DNA from: Candidatus Zixiibacteriota bacterium
GTDB taxonomy: Bacteria; Zixibacteria; MSB-5A5; UBA10806; 4484-95
NCBI GenBank assembly: GCA_029932605.1
Contig: JAOZPT010000046.1
Coordinates: 1-20,538, forward strand
DNA: 20,538 nt
Direction of reading: 5' to 3'
Made by a program: the position numbers and the translations under genes. Below, piece after piece: positions 8,910-16,735 of this stretch; the first letter of the stretch is position 1, and the number at the start of each line of letters is the position of its first letter. The notes under the pieces were generated by a model. That model worked only from the letters and a program-made list of their open reading frames with translations, made no database searches and was not told where the DNA came from.

Positions 8910-8940
8910 GCTTGATTTATGTGTTTATCTATTGTAACAT
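8908..8940 (+). promoter_or_regulatory. Candidate sigma70-type promoter of parAB
   Basis: Either TTGCTT (8908-8913)-N16-TATTGT (8930-8935) or TTGATT (8912-8917)-N17-TAACAT (8935-8940). Confidence 0.5.
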
Positions 8941-8990
8941 TTTCATGCAGGTGAAGTTGTTATTTAGAACTAATAGATTTGGGTGGCCAC

Positions 8991-9749
8991 TTGGCTGAGA
9001 TTATCGCTATTGCCAACCAGAAAGGTGGAGTGGGTAAGACGACCACTGCCATCAACTTGTCTTCATCACTGGCAGTTGCTGAAAAGAAAACTCTGCTTGT
9101 CGATATCGACCCTCAGGCGAATACGACATCAGGATTAGGCCTCAACAAAAATGAGGTTGGAAGATCGATATACGATGTCCTAATCAATGGTACTCCGGTC
9201 GAAGAAGTTATCATAGAGACTGATATCAAATATCTCTATCTTTTTCCATCTAACATAAATCTTGTTGGCGCTGAAATAGAGCTCGTAAACGTCAGCTCGA
9301 GAGAATTCAGGCTTAAAAAGGCCTTGGCTAATATTTCAGAGCTCTACGATTTTATTATCATCGATTGTCCTCCATCACTAGGCCTTCTCACAATCAACAC
9401 CCTAACAGCCGCTGATAGTGTCATCATCCCCATCCAGTGTGAATATTATGCTCTTGAGGGACTGAGTCAGTTGATGAATACTATCAACCTTGTAAAAAAA
9501 CAATTGAATCCAAAACTTGAAATACACGGTGTTCTTCTTACTATGTATGACAATCGCTTGAATCTCTCCCGGCAGGTGGCGGAGGAAGCAAGAAAATATT
9601 TTTCGGACAAAGTTTATGATACTGTAATAAACCGCAATGTTCGTTTATCGGAGGCTCCAAGTTTTGGGAAGCCAATCTTACTTTATGATATCGATTGTAC
9701 TGGAGCAAACAATTACTTTCGTTTTGCAAAGGAGGTGTTATCACGATGA
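8991..9749 (+). CDS. parA: Chromosome partitioning ATPase ParA/Soj
   Basis: IAIANQKGGVGKTTT deviant Walker A, DIDPQAN, IIDCPPSLG, QCEYYALEG and RLSEAPSFG. Start placed at TTG 8991 (GGTGG upstream, typical Soj length) rather than the track's 8979. Confidence 0.97.
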   Translation: MAEIIAIANQKGGVGKTTTAINLSSSLAVAEKKTLLVDIDPQANTTSGLGLNKNEVGRSIYDVLINGTPVEEVIIETDIKYLYLFPSNINLVGAEIELVNVSSREFRLKKALANISELYDFIIIDCPPSLGLLTINTLTAADSVIIPIQCEYYALEGLSQLMNTINLVKKQLNPKLEIHGVLLTMYDNRLNLSRQVAEEARKYFSDKVYDTVINRNVRLSEAPSFGKPILLYDIDCTGANNYFRFAKEVLSR

Positions 9750-10591
9750 AAAGGCTTGCACTTGGGCGCGGACTTGATGCCCTGATACCCTCCACTGGCC
9801 TCGAATCCGAAAAGAAAAATTATATTATGGAAATTGAATTGTCACGTATCAAACCGGCAGCTCATCAACCGCGTAAAAGTTTTAATGATGAAAAGATAAA
9901 AGAACTGGCGGAAACAATACATCGAAAAGGATTAATACAGCCAATTATACTAAAACGCTCTGGTGAAGACTTTGAGCTTGTTGTAGGTGAAAGAAGGTTT
10001 AGAGCTGTCAAGTATTTGAAACTGGAAAGAATACCGGCTGTAGTTTATGATGACATCTCAAAACAGGAAACGATGGAGTTAGCACTTGTCGAGAATATCC
10101 AGCGGGAGAATCTTAACCCTATTGAAGAGGCCGAGGCTTATCGAGTTTTACTTCAGGAATACGGTTTATCCCAATCTGACCTTGCTGGCCGCACCGGTAA
10201 AGATCGTTCCAGTATCGCCAACTACTTAAGATTATTGACATTACCCGATAAGGTCAGACATATGGTTTATGAGGGGAAACTCACAGCTGGTGCAGCCAGA
10301 GTAATTTTAGCTGTTCCGGGTGAGAAAGAAAAAATCGAACTTGCCGAAAGAGCTATAAGAAAGGGGTATTCTGTAAGGGAGCTTGAAAAAATTGTCTATG
10401 GAAACGGGAAAAAACGTTTGCGAAAAAAAGCCATTATCAAATCCCCTTACCTGTTGTCAATAGAGGAGAAATTAAAAAGGAAGTTCAGAACCAAGATTTC
10501 CATTGTTCCAAGGAAAAAAGGTGGAAAGATAATTCTTGAATATTATGATAATGAGAGTTTATCGAGGATTATCGATGAGTTGGGGGTTTAA
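9746..10591 (+). CDS. parB: Chromosome partitioning CTPase ParB/Spo0J
   Basis: ALGRGLDALI (ParA-stimulating motif), QPRKSF, GERRFRA, ALVENIQRENLNPIEEA and HTH. Start placed at ATG 9746 (ATGA overlap with parA, GGAGGTG upstream), not 9695. Confidence 0.97.
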   Translation: MKRLALGRGLDALIPSTGLESEKKNYIMEIELSRIKPAAHQPRKSFNDEKIKELAETIHRKGLIQPIILKRSGEDFELVVGERRFRAVKYLKLERIPAVVYDDISKQETMELALVENIQRENLNPIEEAEAYRVLLQEYGLSQSDLAGRTGKDRSSIANYLRLLTLPDKVRHMVYEGKLTAGAARVILAVPGEKEKIELAERAIRKGYSVRELEKIVYGNGKKRLRKKAIIKSPYLLSIEEKLKRKFRTKISIVPRKKGGKIILEYYDNESLSRIIDELGV

Positions 10592-10599
10592 GACGAATT

Positions 10600-11397
10600 A
10601 TGAAAAAGCGTTATCATTTTATGGTGATACCTGAGAGTCGTGAACCGGCTCTTAATTTTCAACTTTCCTCGGGTTTATTGAAGTTTATACTTGTATTGAT
10701 TGTTATCTGGTTTTTAGTTTTAATAGGGTTAACGATATTTTACGGTAAATTAATTCATAAAGCTTGGCAAGCGGATGTTCTTCTGGAGGAAAACGAAAGA
10801 TTAAGAGATTATAACTCAAAAGTTGTTGAGATAGAGAAGAGTTTTAAGAAGAACCGAGAACTTACTGCCAAGATAGCCTCGATGGCAGGTATCGATCTTG
10901 AGGTTTTCGATAATCCGTTAACTACACCCCCTGACTCTCTTTTTATCGATACTGTTGGAAGAGGTGTGGTTACTGGTGTCCCTGGAGACAGACCAACCTT
11001 TTCAACTGAAGAGCTTGAGAAACTCAGGCTACCAAGGGGGAGACCTTTATATGGCTGGATAACACGTGGTTTCATTTCAGGTGATAACGAGGAAAAACAT
11101 GAGGGGGTTGATATAGCGGTCAAGGAGGGCACACCGGTTGTGGCAACGGCTACGGGGACCGTTGTGTTTGTTGGCTGGGATAAGGACTATGGCAACCTTA
11201 TCATTATCGACCATGGTAACGGTTACAAGACGGTTTACGGACATAATAAAAAAGTAGTTGCCACAAAGGGGGAGAAAGTGTTTAAGGGGGATGTTATTGC
11301 TCTATCGGGAAATACCGGGCACTCAACCGCACCCCATCTTCATTATGGAATATTAAAAGACGGCAAACCGATTGACCCATCGCCGTTTCTTGATTAA
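10600..11397 (+). CDS. Membrane-anchored M23 family metallopeptidase (peptidoglycan endopeptidase)
   Basis: N-terminal TM segment, coiled-coil-like stretch, zinc motifs HEGVD (HxxxD) and HLH, and GNTGHSTAPHLHY. Confidence 0.92.
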   Translation: MKKRYHFMVIPESREPALNFQLSSGLLKFILVLIVIWFLVLIGLTIFYGKLIHKAWQADVLLEENERLRDYNSKVVEIEKSFKKNRELTAKIASMAGIDLEVFDNPLTTPPDSLFIDTVGRGVVTGVPGDRPTFSTEELEKLRLPRGRPLYGWITRGFISGDNEEKHEGVDIAVKEGTPVVATATGTVVFVGWDKDYGNLIIIDHGNGYKTVYGHNKKVVATKGEKVFKGDVIALSGNTGHSTAPHLHYGILKDGKPIDPSPFLD

Positions 11398-11419
11398 CCT
11401 TTTTTCAAAAGGATTGCAA

Positions 11420-11824
11420 ATGGCTGAAAAAGATACTAAACACGAGGGTAAACTTGGCACCATCATTGGTAAAGGCACCAAGATCGAAGGAACTATAACT
11501 GTAGAGGGATCAACCCGTATTGATGGTTATGTTTCGGGCAAGTTAATCTCCAACGACGTAGTTACTATCGGCACCAATGGAGAAGTCAATGCCGAGGTAA
11601 AGGCCAGCTCGATAATAGTCGGTGGCCGTGTTAAGGGAAACCTTGAGGCAAGCGAAAAGATTGAGATTCATGCAAAAGCAGAACTCAGAGGAGACCTGGT
11701 TGCTAAATCATTACTGATCGAGCATGGCGCTATATTTCACGGTAGTTCCAATATGCTTGGTGAATCGACTCTTAAGTCAGTTAAAAGCGCTCCCAATCAA
11801 AACATTCTGGGTAACAAGAAATAA
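11420..11824 (+). CDS. Bactofilin (polymer-forming cytoskeletal protein, CcmA-like)
   Basis: TIIGKGTKIEGTI, RIDGYVSG, IIVGGRVKGNL and LLIEHGAIFHG beta-helix repeats. Start placed at ATG 11420 with AAGGA upstream. Confidence 0.93.
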   Translation: MAEKDTKHEGKLGTIIGKGTKIEGTITVEGSTRIDGYVSGKLISNDVVTIGTNGEVNAEVKASSIIVGGRVKGNLEASEKIEIHAKAELRGDLVAKSLLIEHGAIFHGSSNMLGESTLKSVKSAPNQNILGNKK

Positions 11825-11860
11825 AAATATCTCATACTGCGATTAAAGTGGTTTAGAAGG

Positions 11861-12119
11861 ATGATATGAATAACTATCATAGCCCTCATACTGTTTTGGT
11901 TGTTTTCTTCTGGTGCTTTTTTAAATCACCAAGTTATTGAAGGTGGGGCATTGGATTTTGGTAAATATATCTTCCGCTATCGGCTTTTTTAGAAATGCGA
12001 TTGATATTGGTTGGTTTGAAAGCAAACCTAAAAATAGTGAGGAACATATGAGTTTCTGGTTGGCTCTCTCCGATAATAACACTTGCGGGATTAAAAAAAC
12101 AGGTTTTAAAATAGAATAA
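11861..12119 (+). pseudogene. Possible disrupted gene for a small exported protein
   Basis: AGAAGGA then ATGs at 11861 and 11866. A signal-peptide-like run ITIIALILFWLFSSGA (from 11870) is cut off from the starts by a TGA or frameshift, ends at a T6 run, and may continue into the 11937-12119 frame. Confidence 0.3.
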
Positions 12120-12511
12120 AAGCTGTGTATAATAAATATGTTGAAGAAAAAACATATAACGGAATATATAACTATCTTTTTGGTATTTACTTCAATTATG
12201 GAATCTATTACAAACGAATAAGTAGGTTTGCAAGGGAAATGTAGTGTAACCTATTAGCACATAAATCCGCACAATATTGCAATATTTATAAGCATTTTGA
12301 AAGTTAGTTATCCCAAGTATGATGTAATTATAACCGTGAATAGTTTTTAAATATAACATTGTGAGGATATTATACATATATCTACCAATTAACTCATTGA
12401 AGCTCAATCAAATATTTTTAATAATGAACTAATGATAGAAGTAATAACACTTTTTTAAAACAAATATTTCAATACGTTTTTAAGTTGTTGATGGATTTCA
12501 TGAAAAAAGTC

Positions 12512-12539
12512 TTGCTTTTAAAAAATAAAGGTATATATT
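12512..12539 (+). promoter_or_regulatory. sigma70-type promoter of first S8 gene
   Basis: TTGCTT-N16-TATATT. The homologous sequence recurs upstream of the paralog, and AAGGAG precedes ATG 12617. Confidence 0.6.
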
Positions 12540-12616
12540 TTGCATATAGGATAAGAAGAATGATATGTCTGGTATTTTCATTAAATCATAAAAAATAAAA
12601 AGAAGGAGTAAAGCAG

Positions 12617-15600
12617 ATGCACAGAGCTAAAATAGTATGTTTGTTGATGGTATTATTATTAGCCTCGACAGCATGGCCTGGCCAGATAAACGATAATCTT
12701 GCAGAATACATGCAAGGTCTGGCTGATGGTGAGAGTGTTTCAGCACTGGTGATGTTTAAGCATCAGGCTGATATCGAATCGCTAAATAAACAATTAAAGC
12801 AGGAAAGAGCTACTCTTGCCGAGAGAAACAGGCGGGTCTTAGAGGCTCTTCATGAAGCGGCAAGCCTTACTCAACCAGCCATGGCTTCATATTTAGAAGA
12901 GCTAAAAGAACAAGGTCTGGTTGAAGATTACAAGATGCTCTGGATTGCCAATATACTTAGCGTTACAGCCACCAAAGAAGGTATTGAGATTTTAGCAGAA
13001 CGGCCAGAGCTCGATGTTTTCTATCTTAATTATCCGATAGAACTATTTGAACCGGTTGAGATAAAAGATGTTGATGAATCCCTTATTACCAACGTGGAGA
13101 TCGGCCTAGAGCGCATTCATGCTCCCGAGGCTTGGGCTCTTGGCTACACAGGTTTTGGCCGGGTTGTATCAAATATAGATACGGGAGTCGATGGTTACCA
13201 TCCTGCCCTTGCCGATCGTTTCAGGGGGGATGTCGATGGTGACGGCGATTGCGATGAAAGCTGGTATGACCCGTATGATACTCATTGGGATTTTCCACAA
13301 GATTCATGGATACATGGCACTCATACTATGGGTACTATCTGTGGTCGTTCTACGGCCGGTGATACAATTGGCGTGGCAATCGACGCCCAATGGATTGCTG
13401 CCGCTCCTATCGATAGAGGTGGGGGCATACCCAGAACAGTCCGTGATGCTTTATTATCATTCGAATGGATCGCCGACCCTGATGGCGACCCGAATACTCA
13501 GGATAATCCCGATGCGTGCGGTAACTCGTGGGGTATACCGGATGGTGCGGGTTATCCTGATTGTGACGAAACCTTCTGGCAGGTAATCGATAACTGCGAG
13601 GCAGCCGGTACTGTTGTTATATTCTCTGCAGGAAACGAAGGCTACGATGGTCTGCGTTCACCTGCAGACAGAGCCACTACATATTACAATGTTTTCTCTG
13701 TAGGGGCTGTCGATGGTAATAACCCTAACCTACCCATTGCCGGTTTCTCCGCTCGTGGTCCAACAGAGTGTGCCACTGGTGACTTGGCAATAAAGCCCGA
13801 GGTGGTTGCTCCCGGGGTTGATGTTAGAAGCTCTGTGCCTGGTGGTGGCTATTCCACTTTGAGTGGAACTTCAATGGCTTCTCCTCATATCACCGGTGCA
13901 GTTGCGGTCATCCGCCAGGTTAACCCTGACCTCGATGTGGATGCGATTAAAGAGATATTGATGAGCACTGCTGAGGATTTGCCATTTTCAAATCCTGACG
14001 GTGAGGATAACACGTTCGGGCATGGCATAATTAACCTTTATGAAGCCTGTCTGGTGGCTCAACAGGGTTACGGTTTCGTTGAGGGGTATGTATATAACGA
14101 GCAGGAAGAGCCTATTGCTGGAGCCCTTATACAGGTGGAAGATTCTCCAAGGAGAACATTTGCAAACGACGAAGGGTTCTATCATATCGGCTTACCGGCT
14201 GATACTACATATACGCTTATCGCCAGTTTCTTCGGCTACGTTCCCGAAAGTGCAGAGGTTACTGTCATTCCCGACGATACAGTGTTTCAGGATTTCACCC
14301 TTTCGTACGCTGATTATGGTGTATTAAATGGTCATGTTACCGATCTTGATTCAATTCCTATTGAAGGTGCCATCGTCAGAGTGGCTGATACCCCTCTGGA
14401 TTCGGTTTTAACGGATGAAGAAGGGTACTACATTATAGATAATATCCCTGGTGATAATACCTATGATATTGAGGCAACTGCCGTTGGTTATGGTTTAGCC
14501 AGAGCCACTGTTTTTATACCTGTTGATGACACCGTAACACAAGATTTTGCTCTTCAGGAGATGGAGTCATTCGAGGTCGATGATGCTGGCTGGGTCGGTG
14601 AGGGATGCTGGGAATGGGGCGAGCCTACATCAGGTCCTGGTAGCGCATTCGATGGCAACAACGTCTGGGCAACCGTTTTAGCCGGGAGTTATCCCAATAG
14701 CGCTGATGATAGATTGTTCACTACATATTATACGATAACCGAACCTACCGCAACCTTTTCATTCTGGCATTGGTACGATATGGAATCAGGCTGGGATGGC
14801 GGTAATATTCACGTATCTACAGATGGTGGAGAGAACTGGGAGCTTGTCTATCCCGAAAGTGGCTATCCACAAAGCGATATTATAGGTCTCGATGGTGAAC
14901 CGGGGTTTTCCGGTACATCCGGTGATTGGCAGCAGGTCATTGTAGACCTTTCGGCTTATGAAAACCAAACCCTGAAGATAAAGTTCCGCTTTGGCACTGA
15001 CCCTTCAGTTACACGGGCTGGTTGGTATATCGACGGTGTTGTGTTAAACGGTGGCACCAACTGGGGTGTTCTCGATCCCTCCGCCAGCGTTGAGCCAACA
15101 TCATTTTATGTCAGTTTAGATTCCGGTGATGTATCTACTTTCCCTCTGACAGTATCAAATGGCGGACCTGGCCTCCTCGAGTTTAACGCTGTCGCTATTA
15201 CTGATGAATTCAACCAATCAGCTCCACCAGGAGGTGCCCCCCGCAATGATTATTATATTTCTGATAATGATATAGCTAAAGAGAAAATAGGCGATTTAAC
15301 CTATTACAATTACATCGGTGCTAAAACCGAAAACGATTCCCCTCCGGGTGACGGTCTTATAACTGATTTTGGTGGTCCTGATGAGTTCGGTTACACCTGG
15401 ATAGACTCACGCGAAGCTAACGGGCCAAGATATGCCTGGGTGGATATCACCGATTATGGAGTATACATTTCCGGTCTTGGTGATGACACCAATGTTGGTC
15501 CTTTCGATATCGGATTCGAATTCCCGTTTTACGGTAATGTATTTACAACTTTCCGCTTCTGCACTAACGGATACATATCATTCACCTCAACATCTGCAGA

Positions 15601-16450
15601 ATATTATAATCAACCGCTTCCCTATTCCGATGAACCTTTTAATTTGGTTGCCCCGTTCTGGGATGATTTAGACTTCAGAGATGACGGTGAGGCATACTAT
15701 TACTCATCGGGTGATTCTCTGATTATTTCTTACATCAATGTTCCACATTACAGTTTTGGTTCGCCTCCCGGACCTTACACATTCCAGATCATTCTACTGG
15801 CTAACGGTGATATTATCTACCAGTACCAGGATATCAACGACCCGGTAAATTCAAATACTGTTGGTATCCAGAACGAGGATGGTTCAATAGCCACGCAAAT
15901 AGTTTACAACGATAACTATGTTGAAAACAATCTGGCCGTTAAAATTAAGTATCCGTTGTTCTGGTTGACGGTTTCACCCCAATATGGATTTTTATTCCCT
16001 GATGAATCTACAGATCTTGATGTGGTTTTCGATGCAACCGAGCTGGGAACGGGAACATATACTGGTCAAATCGTTCTTTCCACTAATGACCCAGAGAATC
16101 TTACTATAAGCGTGCCCTGCACTTTAAGTGTCGGCATGGTGGGTATTGATGAAGATTCTCCCCTGACACCAGCTTCATTCTCACTAAAACAAAATTACCC
16201 CAATCCGTTCAATCCTGTAACCGAGATATCGTTCGGTCTGCCAACCTCTGGCCATACTACTTTAGAGGTTTACGATATAATGGGACGCAAGGTGAAAACA
16301 CTGGTTGATGGTGAGCTTCCTGCCGGTACTCATAGGGTCGTCTGGAACAGTCTTAACGATGGCGGTAAGAGAGTGGCCTCAGGTGTATATTTCTACAAGC
16401 TTTCTCATGGTGATAAGGTAATAGCCAGGAAGATGGTTATACTCAAGTAG
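12617..16450 (+). CDS. Secreted multidomain S8 serine peptidase (bacillopeptidase F-like) with T9SS-type C-terminal sorting domain, paralog 1
   Basis: Signal peptide and propeptide. Triad D188 (NIDTG), H233 (HGTHTMGT), S419 (GTSMASPH), oxyanion FSAGNEG. Two carboxypeptidase-regulatory-like beta-sandwich repeats, a jelly-roll module (FWHWYDME..DGG), a GGPDEFGY module, and C-terminal QNYPNPFNP..SGVYFYKL..KMVILK. Confidence 0.93.
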   Translation: MHRAKIVCLLMVLLLASTAWPGQINDNLAEYMQGLADGESVSALVMFKHQADIESLNKQLKQERATLAERNRRVLEALHEAASLTQPAMASYLEELKEQGLVEDYKMLWIANILSVTATKEGIEILAERPELDVFYLNYPIELFEPVEIKDVDESLITNVEIGLERIHAPEAWALGYTGFGRVVSNIDTGVDGYHPALADRFRGDVDGDGDCDESWYDPYDTHWDFPQDSWIHGTHTMGTICGRSTAGDTIGVAIDAQWIAAAPIDRGGGIPRTVRDALLSFEWIADPDGDPNTQDNPDACGNSWGIPDGAGYPDCDETFWQVIDNCEAAGTVVIFSAGNEGYDGLRSPADRATTYYNVFSVGAVDGNNPNLPIAGFSARGPTECATGDLAIKPEVVAPGVDVRSSVPGGGYSTLSGTSMASPHITGAVAVIRQVNPDLDVDAIKEILMSTAEDLPFSNPDGEDNTFGHGIINLYEACLVAQQGYGFVEGYVYNEQEEPIAGALIQVEDSPRRTFANDEGFYHIGLPADTTYTLIASFFGYVPESAEVTVIPDDTVFQDFTLSYADYGVLNGHVTDLDSIPIEGAIVRVADTPLDSVLTDEEGYYIIDNIPGDNTYDIEATAVGYGLARATVFIPVDDTVTQDFALQEMESFEVDDAGWVGEGCWEWGEPTSGPGSAFDGNNVWATVLAGSYPNSADDRLFTTYYTITEPTATFSFWHWYDMESGWDGGNIHVSTDGGENWELVYPESGYPQSDIIGLDGEPGFSGTSGDWQQVIVDLSAYENQTLKIKFRFGTDPSVTRAGWYIDGVVLNGGTNWGVLDPSASVEPTSFYVSLDSGDVSTFPLTVSNGGPGLLEFNAVAITDEFNQSAPPGGAPRNDYYISDNDIAKEKIGDLTYYNYIGAKTENDSPPGDGLITDFGGPDEFGYTWIDSREANGPRYAWVDITDYGVYISGLGDDTNVGPFDIGFEFPFYGNVFTTFRFCTNGYISFTSTSAEYYNQPLPYSDEPFNLVAPFWDDLDFRDDGEAYYYSSGDSLIISYINVPHYSFGSPPGPYTFQIILLANGDIIYQYQDINDPVNSNTVGIQNEDGSIATQIVYNDNYVENNLAVKIKYPLFWLTVSPQYGFLFPDESTDLDVVFDATELGTGTYTGQIVLSTNDPENLTISVPCTLSVGMVGIDEDSPLTPASFSLKQNYPNPFNPVTEISFGLPTSGHTTLEVYDIMGRKVKTLVDGELPAGTHRVVWNSLNDGGKRVASGVYFYKLSHGDKVIARKMVILK

Positions 16451-16503
16451 GGTTTTTCGACTGCATAAAAAATCAAGAAGGGCGGTTTATACAGGCCGCC
16501 CTT
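16190..16503 (+). repeat. Direct repeat copy 1 (314 bp, identical to 20225-20538)
   Basis: Base-by-base comparison at offset 4035 found no mismatch from CAAAATTACCCC to GGCCGCCCTT. Confidence 0.97.
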
Positions 16504-16506
16504 TGT
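16478..16506 (+). terminator. Intrinsic terminator after S8 paralog 1
   Basis: AAGGGCGG/CCGCCCTT stem (extendable by G-U pairs) followed by TGT; the U-tract is short. Confidence 0.75.
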
Positions 16507-16617
16507 GATATTGATGTACAATGCAACATTTAATTTTAATTAAACAAGATAAAATGATTGGATTTTTTATTTATTACATGTTTATAGAATTATAAATGGA
16601 TATTAAGGAAAAATGGT

Positions 16618-16646
16618 CTTGCTTTTAGAAAGCAAGGACATATTTT
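16618..16646 (+). promoter_or_regulatory. Promoter of second S8 gene with overlapping inverted repeat
   Basis: TTGCTT (16619-16624)-N16-TATTTT (16641-16646); inverted repeat CTTGCTTT-TAG-AAAGCAAG at 16618-16636. Confidence 0.5.
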
Positions 16647-16735
16647 TGACATAGGTGGAATATGTTTTCAATGAGTTTGAAGTTAATTCTGAAGAATATT
16701 TAATCTTATAAAAACAAAAAAGGAGTAAAAACAGG

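Noticed and set aside
9736..9752. parS-like TGTTATCACGATGAAA at the parA/parB junction
   Set aside because: It needs two insertions to match parS and is explained by the RBS and the ATGA overlap.
1377..11132. Short antisense or overlapping ORFs (1377, 1659, 3134, 4007, 4980, 6246, 7564, 7935, 9541, 10809)
   Set aside because: They overlap well-supported housekeeping genes and show no recognisable motifs.
11861..11875. Selenocysteine or UGA recoding at ATG ATA TGA
   Set aside because: TGA is a normal stop for rnpA and parA, no SECIS-like hairpin follows, and the position in a signal peptide is implausible.
11934..12407. Minus-strand ORFs 11934-12155 and 12192-12407
   Set aside because: The composition is typical of translated AT-rich non-coding DNA, with no RBS or motif.
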